A DNA stretch of 64,000 nt, from positions 59,044-123,043 of the forward strand of contig OZ243950.1 of the NCBI GenBank assembly GCA_965214545.1. Direction: 5' to 3'. Within the stretch, counting starts at the first letter, position 1. Each line of letters opens with the position of its first letter. The notes beneath the pieces were generated by a model, which was given only the letters and a program-made list of their open reading frames with translations, did no database searches and was not told where the DNA came from. Positions 1 to 7,743 of this stretch are shown one piece after another. The DNA is from an uncultured candidatus Porisulfidus sp. Its GTDB lineage: Bacteria > Pseudomonadota > Gammaproteobacteria > Poriferisulfidales > Poriferisulfidaceae. The position numbers were made by a program, and so were the translations under genes.

Positions 1-225
1 ATGGAAGTAGAAATCATGGGCCTCGGGCCCGGTGAACAGGAAGAAATCGCGCGGGCCGAGCCGGAACTGGAGGAGTTCGCCTTGCGCGCGCCAGCCGCGC
101 TGCAGCATGGCGACCGGGTCCTTCTGGAAATCCAGCAGATGGCCGAGCAGTGGCCAGCCTCCGCCCACCTCGGGAATGGCCCGCGTCTCCTGCGGCGAAA
201 TCGGGGTGGAACGGGCGGTGCTCAT
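1..225 (-). CDS. cyp51: Cytochrome P450, sterol 14-alpha-demethylase (CYP51)-like, N-terminal part (runs off window edge)
   Basis: Manual translation from ATG at 225: MSTARSTPISPQETRAIPEVGGGWPLLGHLLDFQKDPVAMLQRGWRAQGELLQFRLGPRDFFLFTGPEAHDFYFH. Has the P450 N-terminal PxxGGxPLLGH pattern and a CYP51-like 'GPEAHDFYF' segment. Starts 15 nt after the sterol reductase stop. Not in ORF track. Confidence 0.8.
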   Translation of the reverse strand, partial: MSTARSTPISPQETRAIPEVGGGWPLLGHLLDFQKDPVAMLQRGWRAQGELLQFRLGPRDFFLFTGPEAHDFYFH

Positions 226-240
226 GGTCCAGCTTGCGCC

Positions 241-1332
241 TCAGTAGACGAACGGCACCATCGCGAAGCGCACCCGTTTCGTGTAGCGCTCCCACAACGC
301 GCCGTACTTGGCGCGGCAGCGGCGGTCGTCGCGCCGGGAGCGATGCCACAACAGGCAGGCCAGCCAGGCGGGAAGCAGGTAGGGCAGCCAGGACGCGAAC
401 CCGGTGGTCAGGACGAATGAAAGGTAGATGCAGATCTCGCCGGTATAGTTGAGATGCCGCCCGATCCCCCAGAATCCGGAGACCAGCAGGCGCCCGTCCA
501 GGGATTCGGCGGGCTTGCCCCAGATCGTGGCGTCGGGGTTGCGCTTGAAGCGATGCTTTTGCCCGTTGGCGCCGCGGAAGACCCAGAAGCCGAAGACGAA
601 CAGCGACGCGATCGCGGCGGCGGCGAGGGGCGACAGCGGGTCCGGCGCGTGGACCAGCCACCAGCCGGCGAGGCAGTAGAAAAACGGCACCAGCACGTAG
701 TCGCCCCAGACCAGCATCCATCCGAAGCGCTCGCTGACGATGTCCCAGGTGTGGACCATCCCGCGCTCGAACAGGAAATAGTTGAGCACGTACAGGAAGG
801 TGAAGGCTTGGTAGAGCATCATGGCCAGGCTCAGTTCGCCATAGGTTTCGTACTGCACCACGGCGAACGAAACGTTGAACAGGGCGAGGCCGATGAGGGA
901 AGGGCGGTAGCTGAAGAATTTCAGGTCCACGCCGAACCAGGCCGGATGGCCCTCCCTGCCGTAGAAGAAGCCGGCCAGGCCCCCGGGGGATTCGCCCGGG
1001 GCCCGGGTGCCCCGGTAGTACAGCCAGGCGGACAGGGTGAACGCGAACACGTTCGCCACCACGAACAGGGCGAGGAAGTGGGTGTGCAGCACCGAAAGGG
1101 AGAACCCGCCTGCGGCCTGGGACAGCCCCGCTGTCATCATGACCAGCAGGAACAGGGCCAGGCCGTTGCTGCGGTAGACCCGGGGCTTGCCGTCGAAATC
1201 CGGTCCCGTGATCCGGCGTCCGGGCAGCAGCATCGAGCCCAGGAACAGGACGCCGAAGAAGCCCAGCATCATGACCGACGCGTCGAACAGGGCGCTGCCC
1301 GACAGCATCAACGCGGCGGGCAGCTCAGACAT
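241..1332 (-). CDS. ERG4/ERG24-family sterol reductase (probably Delta14-sterol reductase)
   Basis: Multi-TM protein with family motifs GRExHP, DxKFF..RP, ERFGWMLVWGD, FRGANxQKHRFK, LLVSGFWGIGRHLNYTGE, RDDRRCRAKYG. Confidence 0.9.
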   Translation of the reverse strand: MSELPAALMLSGSALFDASVMMLGFFGVLFLGSMLLPGRRITGPDFDGKPRVYRSNGLALFLLVMMTAGLSQAAGGFSLSVLHTHFLALFVVANVFAFTLSAWLYYRGTRAPGESPGGLAGFFYGREGHPAWFGVDLKFFSYRPSLIGLALFNVSFAVVQYETYGELSLAMMLYQAFTFLYVLNYFLFERGMVHTWDIVSERFGWMLVWGDYVLVPFFYCLAGWWLVHAPDPLSPLAAAAIASLFVFGFWVFRGANGQKHRFKRNPDATIWGKPAESLDGRLLVSGFWGIGRHLNYTGEICIYLSFVLTTGFASWLPYLLPAWLACLLWHRSRRDDRRCRAKYGALWERYTKRVRFAMVPFVY

Positions 1333-2422
1333 AGGCGCTGCCGTTTTCTGCCTTGCGCGCCAGGTATTCCCGCCACTTGCGCACGGTCACGTCCTGGAAG
1401 GCCTCGACCACGGGGTTGAATTCGACGCTCGGGGCGTCCCAGTGCTTCTCGTAGCCTTCCTGCTCTGCTTCGAGCGCGAACCGGTCCTGGCTGAGCAGGG
1501 GCCCGATGAGCATGCGGTTCGAGACTTTCAAGACCCAGGTCATGGCGAAACGGGGGATGCGCACCGGCAGCAGGGGGAGTTTCAGCGACCGGAAGTAGAA
1601 CAGGAAGAACGTCCGGGTCGTGCGCTCGTCGATGGGAAGCACGAACAGCCAGTGCTTGATCGCATCATCGGTGTTTGACCACTGGTACGGGTACTGGTAG
1701 CAGAGTTTCATGTGGTTGGTGTCCAGCCGCTTGTGGTCGACGAACCGTCCGGAGACGCGCCCGCGCCCGACCCGCGTGTCGTAGGAGAGGTGCACGTCGT
1801 CGCCGACGGTCTCGCAGTGGGTGAGGGTGGCGCCGACGAAGGGGCGGTATTTCCGGTGCAGGTGGGCGTGGGTGAAGTCGCTCACGTTGTCGATCACCAT
1901 CGAGTGGTGGGCCGACCAGGTGAAGGTGAGCGGGACGCAGGCCCATCGGCCGGGGCCCTCCAGTTCGGGAATGTCCGGGATCTGCCGTGATTCCGCCTTC
2001 TCCGGGTCGCCGGGGAACAGCCAGACCAGGCCGTAACGGACTTTCACGGGATAGGACCGGATCGAGACGGTCTGGCAACTTTCGCCCAGGTGTTCGCGCG
2101 GCCCTCCGGCCCGCTGCCCGTTGCCTTCGTATTGCCAGCCGTGGTAGGCGCACACGAGGCGGCAGTCCTGGACTTCGCCGATGGAGAGTTTGAGCTGGCG
2201 GTGGGCACAGCGGTCCTCGACTGCATGGAAGGTGCCGTCCTTCGCCCGGAACAGGGCGATGGAGTGCTTCCAGAACACGACCTCGACCACGGTCCCCGGC
2301 TTGACGCGGCGGACTTCCTCGACCGCGTACCAGTAATCCGGGTCCATGCCCGCGGCGCGCGCCTGCTGGCGCAGGTTGTGGGCGGCATCAAAGTCAGGGG
2401 GTGGGCAGCTTGTCAGGTTCAT
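1325..2422 (-). CDS. sdmA: Rieske non-heme iron oxygenase, sterol C-4 demethylase SdmA-like
   Basis: Rieske CAH...CAYHGW, mononuclear Fe motif DNVSDFTHAHLH, plus YQYPYQ and HWLFVLPIDERTTR segments that recall SdmA; lies between an SdmB-like SDR and sterol genes. Confidence 0.82.
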   Translation of the reverse strand: MNLTSCPPPDFDAAHNLRQQARAAGMDPDYWYAVEEVRRVKPGTVVEVVFWKHSIALFRAKDGTFHAVEDRCAHRQLKLSIGEVQDCRLVCAYHGWQYEGNGQRAGGPREHLGESCQTVSIRSYPVKVRYGLVWLFPGDPEKAESRQIPDIPELEGPGRWACVPLTFTWSAHHSMVIDNVSDFTHAHLHRKYRPFVGATLTHCETVGDDVHLSYDTRVGRGRVSGRFVDHKRLDTNHMKLCYQYPYQWSNTDDAIKHWLFVLPIDERTTRTFFLFYFRSLKLPLLPVRIPRFAMTWVLKVSNRMLIGPLLSQDRFALEAEQEGYEKHWDAPSVEFNPVVEAFQDVTVRKWREYLARKAENGSAYV

Positions 2423-2423
2423 T

Positions 2424-3572
2424 TCAGCCTCCGTCGGGAGTCAGGGGTGCGCGGGGGTCCGGCGTGGGATTTTCTGCGTGTTCCAGGGGGTCCATGCTCG
2501 GGGGTTTCGCGTCCGGGTTTGTGATGGCCTTGCGCTGATAGTAGTGGAAGGCGTAGGCTTCTTGGACGGCGGCGCGGATGCTGGTCGGGCGGTAGCCGAG
2601 TTCCTCTTGCGCCTTGCGGGTGCTGGTGTGGAGGCACTTTCGCAGCAGGCGGATGGCACCGGGCGTGAAACGTTGGGGGAAATTCGGGTGGAAGCGGCTC
2701 AGGTAAAAGCTCGCCACTTCCGCGAAGACGAGCATCGCGCGGACCGGGATCCGCCGGTTCGGGCGCGGGATGCCGGAGACTTCCTCCCATAGGCCGACGA
2801 TCTCGGAGATGGTCTTGTACTCGGTGCTGAAGATGTACTTCTCACCCGAGCGGCCGCGGTCCATGCACAAGCGATGCCCTTCGACGATATCCCGTGCCGC
2901 GACGAACTCGAAGCCGCCGTCGATGTAGGCGCGGAGCTTGCCGCTGGTGTAGTCGCACAGGGTTCGGCCTAGCCGCGAGGGGAAGAAATCGTTGCCTCCC
3001 ACCACCGCGCAGCAGGTCGCGACGATGACATCCTGGCCGGCCGCCGCGGCGCGCCAGCACACCTGTTCGACGAGGGTCTTGCTGCGCTCGTAGGGCATCG
3101 TGCGTTCCATGGGATAGAACAGCATGGTCTCGTCGCTGGGGGCGGAGGGGTCGTCCAGGTTGTATCCGACGGCGCTGAAGGAGCCGGTCACCACCACCCG
3201 GCCGGCATCCGTCTCCCGAGCCGCTTGCAGCAGGTTGCGGGTGCCGATGACGTTGCATTCGTAGATGTCCCGGCGGTGCGCGTGGTTTCCTTCAATGGTC
3301 GAAACCATGGCCGCGCAGTGGTAGACGCCCTGGCAGCCCTCGATCGCCTGGCGCATGGAATGCAGGTCGCGGAGGTCGCCGAACGTGCGTTCGACGTCGA
3401 GGCCGTCCAGCGCCGCGTTGTTCTCCCCGTGTCTCAGCAGCACCCGGACTCGGGTGCCTTCGCCGAGCAGCCGGCGCACGAGATTGGCGCCCACATGCCC
3501 GGCCGCGCCGGTGACGAAAACGGGTGCGGGCGCGGCCGAGGCCGACGGGGGGGTACTGGGTTCTGGATTCAT
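2424..3572 (-). CDS. sdmB: Extended SDR NAD(P)-dependent oxidoreductase, sterol C-4 decarboxylase/reductase SdmB-like
   Basis: VTGAAGHVGANLV NAD-binding motif, catalytic YERSK, 1 nt gap to sdmA. Confidence 0.78.
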   Translation of the reverse strand: MNPEPSTPPSASAAPAPVFVTGAAGHVGANLVRRLLGEGTRVRVLLRHGENNAALDGLDVERTFGDLRDLHSMRQAIEGCQGVYHCAAMVSTIEGNHAHRRDIYECNVIGTRNLLQAARETDAGRVVVTGSFSAVGYNLDDPSAPSDETMLFYPMERTMPYERSKTLVEQVCWRAAAAGQDVIVATCCAVVGGNDFFPSRLGRTLCDYTSGKLRAYIDGGFEFVAARDIVEGHRLCMDRGRSGEKYIFSTEYKTISEIVGLWEEVSGIPRPNRRIPVRAMLVFAEVASFYLSRFHPNFPQRFTPGAIRLLRKCLHTSTRKAQEELGYRPTSIRAAVQEAYAFHYYQRKAITNPDAKPPSMDPLEHAENPTPDPRAPLTPDGG

Positions 3573-3919
3573 CTGCTGCCTGGTCCCGAAACTTGAGTGG
3601 TTTCCTTCCGTTGCTCGGCGTCGTCGAGGGCACGCAGACAGGGCGATCGCAAGCGGTCAGGACACGCCATCTTTCAGCCGTCCCATGAACCGTCATGCTC
3701 CAAGCCTCCCGGGAATCTTCCTCACCGGTTTGCCTGCCAGTCGTCCCTCGCATATGACTGGTACCGTGATTCTAGCAAAATTGTGGGCGGTTTGGAGCGC
3801 ACGTGGATTTGCGTCGCTGGTTTTATTATGAAAGTCGCCTAGTTTGGCAAGGATAGTCCCATCATGCTCCGGGGGTGGCCAGAGTTTCATATTCGACCTG
3901 CTGATGCGGGTCCCCCCGA

Positions 3920-5485
3920 TCAGGCTGGCTCGGCTCGCACTCCCAGCAGGTTGCGCTCCTCCCGTCCGAACGCGATCCCGACCAAGTGAATCGGCTCGCC
4001 CCGGTCGCGGTACTTCTCCGCATAGCCCCGCTCCCGGATCTGCGCCAGGGCCGCATCCAGTGCCGCCTCCCCGTCTTCGCCCTCCGCCGCCATCTTGAAC
4101 TCCAGCACGAACACCTGCCCCCCGCGGAACACCACCATGTCCGCCCGGCCCCGGCTGGAGGCATCCTCCACCCGCAGGTCCACTCCGTTCGATCGGAAAC
4201 ACGCATACAGCAAGCCTCCGTACCAAGCCTCGTACCGCGCCAACTCCCCGCTCGTGTGCCACTGGTACGGCACTCCCGCATAAAAACTTTTCAGCTCGTC
4301 TCCAAATCCCTCGAAGTCCCCCGACTCCAGGCAACCGCACAACTGCTGGCCCCAGGCCACCACGTCCTCCCCTCGTTGTCCCAAGTGCTCCAATAGCCCG
4401 TCGTTCAAGCTCTGCCGCACTTCCTGGTTCGGATAGTCCAGCGTGTAAAAGGTCTTGTCCCCAATTGTCTCCTCGGCCGTGATCGTCAGGTAGCCGGTCT
4501 GGAATAGCAAGGCATCCAGCCCAATGTCCTTCACATCGAACTTCGAGACCAGTTTCTCGCTCGCCACCCGCTGCTCTAACTGCATCGGGTTCATTTCCTT
4601 CTCCATCATCAACCGGAACAGGAAGTTCGGCGAACCGGTCTCATACCAGTAGGGCTTGAATTTCCGGCTGTCGAACAACAGAAGGATGTCCCACGGGTTG
4701 TAGACTTTCTCCTCACCCAGCCAGTGATAGCCGTTGTACCAGGCGCGGATCTGATCCCGGTCCAGGCCCTCCAGTTCCGGGGCGAACACCGTGTCCAGAT
4801 CGGCATCGGTGTACCCACAGACCGTGGAATACCTTGGGTTCAAGCTGATGTCCTTCAGGTTGTTGAGCCCCGAGAACAGGCTCACCTTCGAGAACATGCT
4901 CACCCCGGTCACGAATACGAACCGCACATGCTTGGCACTGCCCTTGATGACGCCGTAGAAGGCACGCAGGTAATCCCGGTTCGCCTCCGACAACGCCGTG
5001 TCTTTCAAGGTATCCAGGATCGGCTTGTCGTACTCGTCCACCAGCACCGCCACCGGTTGGCCGCTCTCCTCGTGCAGACGGCTCAGAAGGTCCCGAAGCC
5101 GCTGCGGCCCATTCTGCACCTGGGTTGTCGGGGAAAGACCGGCCTGACGCTCAATGATCGCCAGTTGCGTGAGAATCTCCCCTTCAAGGTCCTCCGGCTC
5201 CGTATGCTTTCCATCAAAACTCAGATGCACCACCGGATGGCGCACAGACCAATCCCAGTGGTTGTGGATGTCCAACCCCTCAAACAGTTCCTCCTGACCC
5301 TCGAACAGGGCTTCGAGCGTGCTCACCAGCAGGCTCTTGCCGAACCGGCGCGGACGAGACAGGAAATAGTGGCGCCCCCCTTCGACCAACTCCCGGATGA
5401 GAGGGGTCTTGTCCACGTAGTAATAGCCCCGCTCCCGGATCGCCCGGAAGTCCTGGATTCCAATGGGTAGCTTGCGGCGGGTCAT
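3920..5485 (-). CDS. AAA-ATPase-like protein with C-terminal PD-(D/E)XK nuclease domain
   Basis: LPIGIQDF N-terminus, YYVDKT, Walker A SRPRRFGKS, Walker B VLVDEYDKP, C-terminal GRADM...VLEFK and AQIRERGYAEKY. Confidence 0.88.
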   Translation of the reverse strand: MTRRKLPIGIQDFRAIRERGYYYVDKTPLIRELVEGGRHYFLSRPRRFGKSLLVSTLEALFEGQEELFEGLDIHNHWDWSVRHPVVHLSFDGKHTEPEDLEGEILTQLAIIERQAGLSPTTQVQNGPQRLRDLLSRLHEESGQPVAVLVDEYDKPILDTLKDTALSEANRDYLRAFYGVIKGSAKHVRFVFVTGVSMFSKVSLFSGLNNLKDISLNPRYSTVCGYTDADLDTVFAPELEGLDRDQIRAWYNGYHWLGEEKVYNPWDILLLFDSRKFKPYWYETGSPNFLFRLMMEKEMNPMQLEQRVASEKLVSKFDVKDIGLDALLFQTGYLTITAEETIGDKTFYTLDYPNQEVRQSLNDGLLEHLGQRGEDVVAWGQQLCGCLESGDFEGFGDELKSFYAGVPYQWHTSGELARYEAWYGGLLYACFRSNGVDLRVEDASSRGRADMVVFRGGQVFVLEFKMAAEGEDGEAALDAALAQIRERGYAEKYRDRGEPIHLVGIAFGREERNLLGVRAEPA

Positions 5486-5677
5486 GGGCAGCCCCTTGCG
5501 TGCATTGCGGAATCATAGCATGGGGCCGCATCCGGTTTTCCTCATCCCCAATGTGCCAATGCGCAGGTGGATTTGCGGGAAGTCTGGAGAGAATCAGAAT
5601 ACCGATATCGCGGCGACAAACCGGGTGATGGAGGAGGGGCATCAAGGTCTCGTTCGCCGGGCGGGTAAGATTGGGGC

Positions 5678-6196
5678 ATGGATGAGCGTTCACTGCTTGG
5701 GGCGGCAGAAGTGCTGGCGGGCCACAGCCGGGCCCAGGGCCTGCGCGTGGCGGTAGCCGAATCCTGCACCGGCGGCTGGCTAGCCAAATGCTGCACCGAC
5801 CTGCCGGGCAGTTCGGACTGGTTCGAATGCGGCTGGGTGACTTACGATAACGCGGCGAAGAGCCGATTGCTGGGCGTGGACCCCGATCTGATCCAGCGCG
5901 AAGGCGCGGTCTCCCGGGCCGCAGTCGAGGCGATGGCGGCGGGCGCCCTGCAGCGTGCGCGGTGCGACCTGGCCTGCGCGATTAGCGGTGTGGCCGGGCC
6001 GTCCGGCGGGACGGAGCATGCGCCGGTCGGTTGCGTGTGGTTCGCGTTCCTGTGCGCGGGCGGGGAGGCGTGCTGCGAACGGCGGGATTTCCCCGGGGAC
6101 CGCGATGCGGTCCGACGCGCGTCCGTACTGCACGCGCTGCGCCGGCTGGCAGAGGAAATTTCGCCGCAGTTTCAGGGCCGATCACGCCCAGTTTAA
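5678..6196 (+). CDS. pncC: Nicotinamide-mononucleotide deamidase (CinA C-terminal domain)
   Basis: AVAESCTGG, GSSxWF, TYxNxAK, GAVS, SGVAGPSGG motifs; typical position upstream of recA. Confidence 0.9.
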   Translation: MDERSLLGAAEVLAGHSRAQGLRVAVAESCTGGWLAKCCTDLPGSSDWFECGWVTYDNAAKSRLLGVDPDLIQREGAVSRAAVEAMAAGALQRARCDLACAISGVAGPSGGTEHAPVGCVWFAFLCAGGEACCERRDFPGDRDAVRRASVLHALRRLAEEISPQFQGRSRPV

Positions 6197-6269
6197 TCCG
6201 GGGCGGGGCGTGTGGAATAATAGCGCTTGCGAAACCGGGCCGCCCTAAATAAGGGAGCTTGAATCAGTT

Positions 6270-7319
6270 ATGGACAAAGATCGGAAAAAGGCCCTGGAGG
6301 CCGCACTCGGACAAATCGAGCGCCAGTACGGCAAGGGCGCGGTCATGCGCTTCGGCGAAGGCGTGGCGGTGCCGGAGGTTGAAGTCATTTCAACCGGCTC
6401 GCTGGCCTTGGACACGGCCCTTGGCATCGGCGGCCTGCCCCGCGGGCGGGTCGTCGAGATCTACGGCTCGGAGGCGTCCGGCAAGACTACGCTGGCCTTG
6501 CATGTCGTGGCCAATTGCCAGAAGCAGGGCGGCGTGGCGGCGTTCATCGACGCCGAACACGCGCTGGACCCGGGCTACGCCACCAACTTGGGCGTGCAGG
6601 TTGACGACCTGCTGCTGTCGCAGCCGGACCACGGCGAGCAGGCGATGGAAATCGCCGATACGCTGGTCACATCCGGCGCGGTCGACCTGATCGTGGTCGA
6701 TTCGGTCGCCGCGCTGACCCCGCGGGCCGAACTCGAAGGCGGCATGGGCGACAGCCACATGGGCCTGCACGCGCGGCTCATGTCGCAGGCCTTGCGCAAG
6801 CTGGCCGGCAACATCAAACGCTCCAACGCGCTGGTCATCTTCATCAACCAGCTGCGCATGAAGATCGGGGTCATGTTCGGCAACCCGGAGACCACGACCG
6901 GAGGCAATGCCCTGAAGTTCTACTCGTCGGTCCGGCTGGACATTCGCCGCATCGGGGCGACCAAGAAGGGCGAAGAGGTGATGGGGCACGAGACCCGGGT
7001 CAAGGTGGTGAAAAACAAGATGGCGCCGCCGTTCAAGAAGGCGGAATTCGAGATTCGCTACGGCGAGGGCATCAGCCGCCTGGCGGAACTGCTGACGCTG
7101 GGGGCCGATCATGGCTTGATTCAGAAGTCCGGCGCCTGGTACAGCTACGAGGGCGACCGCATCGGCCAGGGCAAGGACAATGCGCGGCTGTACCTGGTCG
7201 AGCACCCGGAGATCGCCGACGCGCTGGAGCGGAGCCTGCGCGAGGTGCTGTTGCCGGACTGCAAGGCGCCGCCGAAACCGGAAGCCACCGAACCGGAGCA
7301 TGCCGCAACCGAGGCGTGA
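6270..7319 (+). CDS. recA: Recombinase RecA
   Basis: [52 protein letters not shown]. Confidence 0.99.
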   Translation: MDKDRKKALEAALGQIERQYGKGAVMRFGEGVAVPEVEVISTGSLALDTALGIGGLPRGRVVEIYGSEASGKTTLALHVVANCQKQGGVAAFIDAEHALDPGYATNLGVQVDDLLLSQPDHGEQAMEIADTLVTSGAVDLIVVDSVAALTPRAELEGGMGDSHMGLHARLMSQALRKLAGNIKRSNALVIFINQLRMKIGVMFGNPETTTGGNALKFYSSVRLDIRRIGATKKGEEVMGHETRVKVVKNKMAPPFKKAEFEIRYGEGISRLAELLTLGADHGLIQKSGAWYSYEGDRIGQGKDNARLYLVEHPEIADALERSLREVLLPDCKAPPKPEATEPEHAATEA

Positions 7320-7743
7320 CGCCGTGCAGCAGGCAGTCAGTCTTCTGGCGCGACGCGAACATTCGAGCCGGGAGTTGCGCGACAAGCTGCGGGCGAGAAG
7401 TTTTTCTGCCGAGGCGGTGGAGTCGGCGCTGGCGACCCTGCGCGAACAGGACCTGCAGAGCGACCACCGTTTTGCACACGCCTGCACCCGTTCCCTGATG
7501 GACCGCGGCTACGGCAGCCTCCGCGTGGCGGGAGAGTTGCGCGAGCGCGGCGTGTCGGGGGAGATTGCCGGGGAGTTCGAGTCTGTGGCCCGGGCCGGGG
7601 AGTTTGAGCGCGCCTGCGAGGCCCTGCGCCGAAAGACAGGGACGCGGCAGCAGCAGCTGCGTTTCCTGGCCCAACGCGGCTATCCGGGCGCGGTCGCGCG
7701 GCGGGCGGTCGACCAGGCCGTTCGGGAGGACCGGGATGACTAG
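7300..7743 (+). CDS. recX: Regulatory protein RecX
   Basis: ATG at 7300 overlapping recA end; [31 protein letters not shown]. Confidence 0.9.
   Translation: MPQPRRDAVQQAVSLLARREHSSRELRDKLRARSFSAEAVESALATLREQDLQSDHRFAHACTRSLMDRGYGSLRVAGELRERGVSGEIAGEFESVARAGEFERACEALRRKTGTRQQQLRFLAQRGYPGAVARRAVDQAVREDRDD

Noticed and set aside
2424-3572. Calling the SDR a hopanoid-associated HpnA or sugar epimerase
   Set aside because: Same superfamily, but direct coupling to an SdmA-like Rieske protein, a sterol reductase and a CYP51-like gene favours SdmB.
6197-6269. LexA box upstream of recA
   Set aside because: No CTGT-N8-ACAG match is visible; only a short GGGCGG/CCGCCC inverted pair.
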